DNA of 6,296 bases, taken from Candidatus Fraserbacteria bacterium. Lineage in GTDB: Bacteria > Bipolaricaulota > Bipolaricaulia > RBG-16-55-9 > DRXL01. The notes below the pieces were generated by a model that was not told the origin of the DNA, ran no database searches, and saw only the letters and a list, made by a program, of their open reading frames with translations. A program made the translations under genes and the position numbers. Positions 1 through 5,579 of this stretch are shown one piece after another. How positions within the stretch are numbered: the first letter of the stretch is position 1; every line of letters starts with the position of its first letter. Location: NCBI GenBank assembly GCA_947085185.1, contig CAMTVK010000010.1, positions 1 to 6,296 on the forward strand, read 5' to 3'.

Positions 1-16
1 AAGGATGTAGAGCTTT

Positions 17-1054
17 ATGGTCAAGTATGCACTCTTATCGTTGGGTGTAGTAGGGCTGCTGGTGCTGGGGGAGGGGCTCGTGCCGCAGCACCCTGGGGCT
101 AGAGGCCAGCAAGAGCGGTTTGTTGTGCGCGTGCCTGAGGACTTTTCTACTATCCAAGCAGCCATTGACGCAGTGGCCGAAGGGGGCACGGTGCTCATCG
201 GGCCAGGCTTATATAAAGAGAGCTTAGTTATCACGAAAAGCCTGCGCCTGATGGGCTCAAGCCGAGAGCAAGTCCGCATCTACAGCATAGATGACCAAAA
301 ACCAGTCGTCTATGCGAGCTCTCGATCTCTCCTGCAGCTCTTTCTCCAAGGGCTCACCATCACGAGAGAACAGCTCCCGAACCCAAACCTTCCTCCTTCT
401 TTCATCCCTCCAGGAACTGGCATCTTCCTTGGGGGTCCCATCCAGGCCACCTTGCGGCAACTCACCGTGACAAACCAGATTGGCGGAGTGGTCGTCTTCC
501 CCTTGATAGAATACAACGAAGAGCTTTTGTACTTCCGATCTCAAGCCGTCCTAGAAGAGGTATTCTTGGCTCACAATGCGGGAGCAGTGGTTGCTCACTC
601 CGCACACGTGATCATCGTGCGCTCCACTATCACTGATAACGAAGCTGGCCTTATGGTGGATAGCGTATATCTCACCCACAGCACGGTGTGCAAGAATCGT
701 TTCTGGGGGATCGAGCTGAGACTGCCGTCGTCGGCGTTTGGCCCTCAGTATATGGGGGCTTTGCAGAGCAACGAGATCTCCGAGAACGGCGTGGGCGTGA
801 TCCTCGGCGTGATGTCCGAGGAGGCAGCGGGGAGCTGGCTGCTGATGAATGAGAACAAGATCTTCCGCAACCAAGAGTATGGGGTTATGATCCTGAAGAG
901 GGCATGTCCCACGTCTTTTCCGGATCCTGAGCTGGCCCTTGGGAGGGAGAGCGCCCTCATCAGGATCTTTGGCGGGAATAATGAGCTGTATGGCAACTTC
1001 AAAGCCGACCTCTGCCCACCCGACCATCCCTGGCCGCCGGGGTTCCGAAAGTAG
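17..1054 (+). CDS. Secreted right-handed parallel beta-helix (pectin lyase-like/NosD-like) repeat protein
   Basis: 345-aa ORF with an N-terminal signal-like segment (MVKYALLSLGVVGLLVLG). It has the typical beta-helix N-cap VRVPEDFSTIQAAIDA...GGTVLIGPGLYKESLVITKSLRLMG. Asn-ladder coils follow (STITDNEAGL, STVCKNRFWGI, NEISENGVGV, NKIFRNQEYGV, NELYGN). The stop is tandem TAG TGA. Confidence 0.8.
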   Translation: MVKYALLSLGVVGLLVLGEGLVPQHPGARGQQERFVVRVPEDFSTIQAAIDAVAEGGTVLIGPGLYKESLVITKSLRLMGSSREQVRIYSIDDQKPVVYASSRSLLQLFLQGLTITREQLPNPNLPPSFIPPGTGIFLGGPIQATLRQLTVTNQIGGVVVFPLIEYNEELLYFRSQAVLEEVFLAHNAGAVVAHSAHVIIVRSTITDNEAGLMVDSVYLTHSTVCKNRFWGIELRLPSSAFGPQYMGALQSNEISENGVGVILGVMSEEAAGSWLLMNENKIFRNQEYGVMILKRACPTSFPDPELALGRESALIRIFGGNNELYGNFKADLCPPDHPWPPGFRK

Positions 1055-1076
1055 TGAGGGAGAGCTATAAAAATTT

Positions 1077-1150
1077 TGGCTGGGAGAGGAGGATTCGAAC
1101 CCCCACAAGCAGGTCCAGAGCCTGCTGTCCTACCGTTAGACGATCTCCCA
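1077..1150 (-). tRNA. tRNA-Gln, anticodon CUG
   Basis: The reverse complement folds as a cloverleaf: TGGGAGA-TC-GTCTAACGGTAGGAC-A-GCAGG-CT CTG GA-CCTGC-TTGT-GGGGG-TTCGAAT-CCTCC-TCTCCCA-G-CCA. It is 74 nt with a U1-A72 pair, a G discriminator and encoded CCA. The anticodon is at 1116-1118. Confidence 0.97.
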
Positions 1151-1160
1151 GAGCGCTTTT

Positions 1161-1189
1161 ATCATAGCGGAGAGCGCCCGCCTTGTCAA
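1161..1189 (-). promoter_or_regulatory. sigma70-type promoter of tRNA-Gln
   Basis: On the minus strand, TTGACA (1189-1184), a 17-bp spacer and TATGAT (1166-1161), ending 10 nt upstream of the tRNA 5' end. Confidence 0.85.
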
Positions 1190-1198
1190 GCGCAGGAC

Positions 1199-1228
1199 TT
1201 GACAGCGCTCCCTCTCTGAGAGTACGCT
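1199..1228 (+). promoter_or_regulatory. sigma70-type promoter of yicC-gmk, probably giving a leaderless transcript
   Basis: TTGACA (1199-1204), an 18-bp spacer and TACGCT (1223-1228). The ATG at 1234 follows after only 5 nt and there is no Shine-Dalgarno. Confidence 0.7.
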
Positions 1229-1233
1229 ACAGT

Positions 1234-2103
1234 ATGATTTGCAGCATGACCGGCTACGGCCACGCCCAATCCCAAAGCGCTGCGGAGACGATCACCGTCT
1301 CCATCAAGACGCTCAATCATAAATATCTTGACGTCAAAATTTTCGGGCTGGAAGCCCACCCCGCCCTCGAACTCCAAGTCCAAGATCTGCTCGGAAAAGC
1401 CTTCTCCCGCGGACGCGTCGAAGCCCACATCGAGATCACACGATGCGGGCTCGCTCCCTTGGCTATCAATACGGAGATCGCTCGTGCTTACGTAGAAGCC
1501 TTGCGCCAGCTCAGTCGGGAGCTTCAGCTCCCTGACAATCTTTCTCTCGATACGCTCTTGAAGCTTGAGGGCGTCTTGCAGCGTTCCGAAGAGCCCGAGA
1601 CAGCGCTCTGGGAGCGCCTTGAGCCCGTCTTCCAAGAAGCGATTGCCCAAGTGCGCGCAAGCCGCCAGCGCGAGGGCCAGCTTTTGGCTGATGAGCTTGA
1701 GCAAATTCTCGCGCTTCTTGCGGAGAAGCTCGCCCAGGTCGAGCGCAGTGCGCTCACCGTGAAGGAGCTCTACAGAGAGCGCCTCTGGGAGCGCATCCGC
1801 GAGCTGATCCAAAACACAGGGGAGCTGGACGAGGGGCGCCTCGAGATGGAAGTGGCGCTCTTGGCGGAGCGCTCAGATATTACGGAAGAGATCGCACGTC
1901 TGAAGATGCACCTCCAAGCTGCCCGGAACGCTATAGTGGGGCCAGAGCCCGCCGGACGGCTCCTAGATTTCTTAGCCCAAGAGCTCGCTCGCGAGGCCAA
2001 TACGATCTCTGCGAAAGCTAAAGATGCCCACATCGTCACGAGTGTTTTGGAGATGAAGGCTCTGATCGAGAAATTTCGCGAGCAAGCCCGCAACGTCGAG
2101 TGA
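1234..2103 (+). CDS. yicC: YicC/YloC family endoribonuclease
   Basis: Family N-terminus MICSMTGYG, plus IKTLNHKYLD and FSRGRVE. C-terminal motifs LAERSDITEEIARLKMHL, GRLLDFLAQELAREANTISAK and EKFREQARNVE. The 289 aa from ATG 1234 matches the family length; the listed TTG at 1183 lies inside the promoters. Confidence 0.95.
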   Translation: MICSMTGYGHAQSQSAAETITVSIKTLNHKYLDVKIFGLEAHPALELQVQDLLGKAFSRGRVEAHIEITRCGLAPLAINTEIARAYVEALRQLSRELQLPDNLSLDTLLKLEGVLQRSEEPETALWERLEPVFQEAIAQVRASRQREGQLLADELEQILALLAEKLAQVERSALTVKELYRERLWERIRELIQNTGELDEGRLEMEVALLAERSDITEEIARLKMHLQAARNAIVGPEPAGRLLDFLAQELAREANTISAKAKDAHIVTSVLEMKALIEKFREQARNVE

Positions 2104-2675
2104 AGAGTATGGGCGTCTTTTTCGTGATCTGCGGCCCATCGGGAGCTGGCAAGACAACCGTACTCTCTCGCGTGCGCAAGAGATTTCCCGATTTGGTCTA
2201 TGTCCCGTCGTACACGAGCCGCCCCCCACGAAGCTCAAGAGAACTGAAAGCCGGGCGCTATCGCTTTATCTCTAAAGAAGAGTTTGAGCGCTGCATTCGT
2301 CGGGGGGATCTTCTCGAATATGCTCTTTACGCGGGAAACTATTACGGCACTCCACGATCTGAAGTGCAGCACTTACTCAAGTCTGGGTGCGACGTGCTTA
2401 AGGAAGCTGACGTGCAGGGGGTGCGCCAGTTACGTCGGCGTCGCTTGGGCGGGCGGCTCGTGGCGATCTTTATCGTGCCGCCTTCTTTGGAAGAGCTTGA
2501 AGTTCGACTGGACAAGCGCGGCACCGAAAGCCCCGCAGCGCGGCGCCGTCGCTTAGAGAGGGCTCTCGATGAGCTGGGCGCGCTCGATCTGTTCGATTAT
2601 ATCGTGATCAATCGTCGGATTGCTCAGAGCGTTGAGAGACTGAGCGCGATCATCCGGGCTGAACGCTCCCTCTAG
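2100..2675 (+). CDS. gmk: Guanylate kinase
   Basis: P-loop GPSGAGKT, GMP-binding motifs SYTSRPPR, YRFIS and LEY...GNYYGT, then ADVQG, IFIVPPSLEELEVRLDKRG and FDYIVIN. The GTG start overlaps the yicC TGA (GTGA); an alternative in-frame ATG is at 2109. The yicC-gmk order is conserved in bacteria. Confidence 0.95.
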   Translation: MKSMGVFFVICGPSGAGKTTVLSRVRKRFPDLVYVPSYTSRPPRSSRELKAGRYRFISKEEFERCIRRGDLLEYALYAGNYYGTPRSEVQHLLKSGCDVLKEADVQGVRQLRRRRLGGRLVAIFIVPPSLEELEVRLDKRGTESPAARRRRLERALDELGALDLFDYIVINRRIAQSVERLSAIIRAERSL

Positions 2676-2869
2676 CAGCTTGCGCTGCTTTTAGGGCCGA
2701 CGCTCACGGAGCCCGTTCGACAAGCTTAGCTTCTAGGGCCGGCAGTATTTATCAGCGATCTGATAGGCGTCCATGGCGCTTGCGACCGCAGCCGCGCCCA
2801 GGCAAATCGGTGCCAACTCTTCCACCCGTTTTTCACCCCGCCGGTACAGACTTGCCACGCTCGAACTCT

Positions 2870-2907
2870 TATAATCGCTCATGCCAAGACCAAAGAGACC
2901 AAGGAGG
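2870..2907 (+). promoter_or_regulatory. -10 box and ribosome-binding site for the beta-propeller gene
   Basis: Perfect TATAAT at 2870-2875 and AAGGAGG at 2901-2907, 5 nt before ATG 2913. The best -35-like hexamer (TTGCCA, 2852-2857) is only 12 bp from the -10. Confidence 0.55.
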
Positions 2908-2912
2908 TTTCT

Positions 2913-4055
2913 ATGGCAAGGAAAGCTGTTCTGGCATTGGTCTTCTTGTTCGCCCTCACGGGGATCTTCTCGTACGGACAGCAAGGGCTCAAGCCCAGTG
3001 CTACTCTGACCCTCTCCGGTGATCTTATCGCTTTGGCCTCGTGCGCCGGGGGGAGCGGGCTTGTGGCTGCCAGCAAGTCCGGAGGAAACACCGCTATTCA
3101 GATCATCAACACGTTCTCCAAAGAGCTTGTCAGCAGCGTCAGCGTCGCTGTGGCCAATCCCAGCGCGCTAGCCGTCAATCGCGATTGCAGCGCAGCGTTC
3201 ATCGCCGACGCTTCAGCCAATAGAGTCTTCTTTGTAGCTCTGCCCAATGGGCAAATCCGCGCTGAGATCGCTGTAGGCACCAAGCCCATCGCGCTCGCGC
3301 GCGCGACCCACAACCCCGATCTCTATGTCGTGAACGCCGACGATGGTTCTGTCTCCGTTATTAACACTCAGACAAATACCGTCAAAGCGACGGTCAAAGT
3401 GGGCAACCAGCCCAGCGCCATCGCGCTCTATAGTCTCGGCGCGTACAATCGTGCGTTCGTCACAAACAAGGGCAGCAACACCATCAGCGTCATTGATATT
3501 AACGACGATCCGGCCAACGAGAATCGCTACACAGTGATCGCGACGGTCCAGACGGGTCCACAGCCCAGCGCCATCGCTACGACGGTCGGCTCATGGCTCG
3601 GCGATATGTACGCATACTTCATCAATCAAGGAGACAATACGCTCAGCCGCGTGATGATCACCCCGCCCCATAGTATAGACTCAGCTGTGCCTGCTGGGGG
3701 CAAGCCCGTAGCGGTCTTCTTAGACTCGGTGCGCTTCTGCGCCTATACAGTCAATTCGGGGGATGGGCAGAGCGCGATCTCTGTAGCCGTAGCGCAGTTT
3801 ATCAGCAGCCCCAACCCGACCGTTCCTACGGGCAAGGACCCGTTCCATGCTGTGACGTCGTACTCGGTTAGTGAGCGCTTGGGAGCGGTGGCGCTCTTTG
3901 TGCCGTTGACGATTCAAGAGCGGGTTCCGGGAAATCCAGAGCTCGTGAGCCGTATTCAGAGACAGCTTTGGGCGGCCAACGCTGCCAAGCCCGGTGAGCT
4001 CAATCTCTATATCTTAGACGGGCTATGTCCGCAACTGAGAGGGGACGAGCCGTAA
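2913..4055 (+). CDS. Secreted YVTN/YncE-family beta-propeller repeat protein
   Basis: Signal peptide MARKAVLALVFLFALTGIFSYG, then ~40-aa repeats: VGTKPIALA...LYVVNADDGSVSVINTQTNTVKATVKVGNQPSAIAL...AFVTNKGSNTISVID...TVIATVQTGPQPSAIA...AYFINQGDNTLS. It has a strong RBS. Confidence 0.85.
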   Translation: MARKAVLALVFLFALTGIFSYGQQGLKPSATLTLSGDLIALASCAGGSGLVAASKSGGNTAIQIINTFSKELVSSVSVAVANPSALAVNRDCSAAFIADASANRVFFVALPNGQIRAEIAVGTKPIALARATHNPDLYVVNADDGSVSVINTQTNTVKATVKVGNQPSAIALYSLGAYNRAFVTNKGSNTISVIDINDDPANENRYTVIATVQTGPQPSAIATTVGSWLGDMYAYFINQGDNTLSRVMITPPHSIDSAVPAGGKPVAVFLDSVRFCAYTVNSGDGQSAISVAVAQFISSPNPTVPTGKDPFHAVTSYSVSERLGAVALFVPLTIQERVPGNPELVSRIQRQLWAANAAKPGELNLYILDGLCPQLRGDEP

Positions 4056-4072
4056 GATTGGGAGAGAGCCAG

Positions 4073-4115
4073 AAAGTCAGGGAGAGGGCACGAGCGCCCT
4101 CTCCCTGACTTTTTT
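4073..4115. terminator. Bidirectional intrinsic terminator between convergent genes
   Basis: Perfect 17-bp inverted repeat AAAGTCAGGGAGAGGGC (4073-4089) / GCCCTCTCCCTGACTTT (4096-4112) with a 6-nt loop. The + strand has a T6 tail (4110-4115) and the - strand a TTTCT tail. Confidence 0.9.
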
Positions 4116-4219
4116 CTATGGACATCAGAAGCGCAGGCTCCAGAGAGTGAAGCTCATACTCGGCACTGAGGATGTTTGCTGGTGAGAGACAGGAGGCTTT
4201 GATCGGCTCCATCTATAGC

Positions 4220-4735
4220 TTACCAGATCAAATTGAACCCCAGCGCCGCTCCCAAGCCGGTGCCAATCACCGCGATGCCTATAATTTTATCCTCTTTTAG
4301 GAGCTGGGGCTGACCACAAAGCCAATGGACAGCTATACGGACCCCTGTGGCTCCACCAACATAAGTGAAGATAGCCCGAACGATTCCTTGGATAAGACCA
4401 TCACTCTTTCCCAACATCTCTGATCTCGCTCCATTCCAGACTGCCAGCCCTATAGTGGCGGAGACCGCTAACAGGCGCTGAGTCTCAATTCGCTGTAAGT
4501 TCCTGCACGTATCGATCTCTCGCTTTGAGCGCAGGATTATTGCGAAGAGCTCTGGGAGCCCGTAACCCCCAAATGCTCCAAATGAGCCAAGTAAGATTGA
4601 GCCGGAGACAAAGCCGATTTTATCCACTATATCCGGCTCTTCTTTTGAAGGAACTGCGCGAACTTCAAGAGAGGAAAAGATGATGAGCAGCAAACCTAAC
4701 ACTCCTCCGAGTAGCTTTCTCAAATGCTTAGTCAT
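4220..4735 (-). CDS. Hypothetical exported or membrane protein with Gly-rich hydrophobic helices; candidate immunity protein
   Basis: 171 aa from ATG 4735. Its RBS AGGAGG (4747-4742) overlaps the upstream TAG. It has a signal-like N-terminus (MTKHLRKLLGGVLGLLLIIFSSLEVRA) and about four hydrophobic GxxxG-type segments ending IIGIAVIGTGLGAALGFNLIW. Immunity is inferred from position only. Confidence 0.7.
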   Translation of the reverse strand: MTKHLRKLLGGVLGLLLIIFSSLEVRAVPSKEEPDIVDKIGFVSGSILLGSFGAFGGYGLPELFAIILRSKREIDTCRNLQRIETQRLLAVSATIGLAVWNGARSEMLGKSDGLIQGIVRAIFTYVGGATGVRIAVHWLCGQPQLLKEDKIIGIAVIGTGLGAALGFNLIW

Positions 4736-4745
4736 ATCGCCCCTC

Positions 4746-5499
4746 CTACCCAAGGCATCCAAGAGCAGCGCCAATACAGACCCCCACGGCTACTGCCCAA
4801 GCCCAGCCACAAAGGTCATCATCAGCTGCACACACAAGAGCAGCTGCAGAAGCAGCCGCAGCGCAAATCGCTATAAAACACCAATGCCAAGCAATAAGTG
4901 GACTCGCCTTGAGATTCGCAGTCGGTTCAACTTTTAACTCAGCCAGCTTCTTCCGCAGGTAAGGACTGATGCCACCTTCACGGAGCACGCGCTGGGCAGG
5001 CTCATTCGTGCCGGGTCGAGCCAGATACCCCTCAAGCTGCTGGTATTGATCGGAAGTCAGCACGCCACGGAACTCCTCGCGATAGTACCGCTTCACCGCT
5101 CCAGGATACTCGAACTGCTCCGGCAGTGCCTGCAACTGCGCATCAACCTGAGCTGTAACGCCCTGCGCGTCCAACTCCTCAATCAAGTCCAACATGGTTC
5201 GCTTTGCGTGTTTGAAGCGCTGTTCCAACTCTGCGGAACTGACGTGTTCGATCTTGTTCTGTGCTCGCAGCACTCCCTTCCATGCTTCTTTGGCTTTACG
5301 AGCCAGTTGAGCTAATCTCTTGCGAGCGGCCTCCCCTCCGGTTCCAGCAGGAGCTAACGGAACGCTTGACTCCGAGCGCCATAAGAATTGCGTACACCCA
5401 CTCAATCCACTAACCATGACTAATCCTACACCCAATGCCCAGACCTTGCAACAACACCCGCCGCGAGAGCCGCTTTGTACCAGATCCTTGCATGAACAT
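4746..5499 (-). CDS. Tat-lipoprotein precursor with a C-terminal six-Cys hydrophobic peptide (halocin C8-like architecture); apparent 1-bp frameshift near 5438-5440
   Basis: RBS AAGGAGG (5512-5506) precedes ATG 5499, giving MFMQGSGTKRLSRRVLLQGL, but this frame stops at 5412-5410. Removing one base (e.g. a G of GGG at 5440-5438) joins it to ORF 4746..5435. The result is ...SRRVLLQGLALGVGLVMVSGLSGC (twin-Arg, h-region, lipobox), a charged helical pro-region and a Cys/Ala/Trp-rich tail, 250 aa in total. Confidence 0.75.
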
Positions 5500-5533
5500 A
5501 CTATGCCTCCTTCTTAAGGTTATTATCAAATAA

Positions 5534-5558
5534 AGTGTAGCAAAAAAAAATTTGTCAA
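5534..5558 (-). promoter_or_regulatory. Putative promoter of the two-gene cassette, with a homopolymer in the spacer
   Basis: The minus strand reads TTGACA (5558-5553), AA, T9 (5550-5542), GC, TACACT (5539-5534). This includes an extended -10 (TGcTACACT) in an AT-rich intergenic region. The -35/-10 spacer is only 13 bp. Confidence 0.55.
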
Positions 5559-5579
5559 GTCACTTAAAAAGACTGGCTC

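Noticed and set aside
1183..1233. TTG 1183 as the yicC start
   Set aside because: It overlaps both promoters, and family similarity begins at MICSMTGYG (ATG 1234).
551..1812. Long antisense ORFs 551..1108 and 1186..1812, and other shadow ORFs
   Set aside because: They lie opposite well-supported genes or the tRNA and show no recognisable motifs; such ORFs are expected in GC-rich DNA.
3408..3577. 17-bp direct repeat CAGCCCAGCGCCATCGC (3408-3424 and 3561-3577)
   Set aside because: It is explained by the QPSAIA motif in adjacent propeller blades, not by a recombination site or a DGR template/variable pair.
4000..4212. 70-aa minus-strand ORF as a third cassette gene
   Set aside because: It has no clear RBS, runs through the terminator hairpin and overlaps the convergent beta-propeller gene.
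4736..4774. Longer start for the membrane protein at 4774
   Set aside because: It overlaps the upstream gene. ATG 4735 has a well-spaced AGGAGG and gives a clean signal peptide.
4746..4895. Sactipeptide, lanthipeptide or glycocin precursor
   Set aside because: The window has no radical SAM, Lan, glycosyltransferase or peptidase-ABC gene and no double-Gly leader. The Tat/lipoprotein signal and even Cys count favour disulfides, though enzymes encoded elsewhere cannot be excluded.
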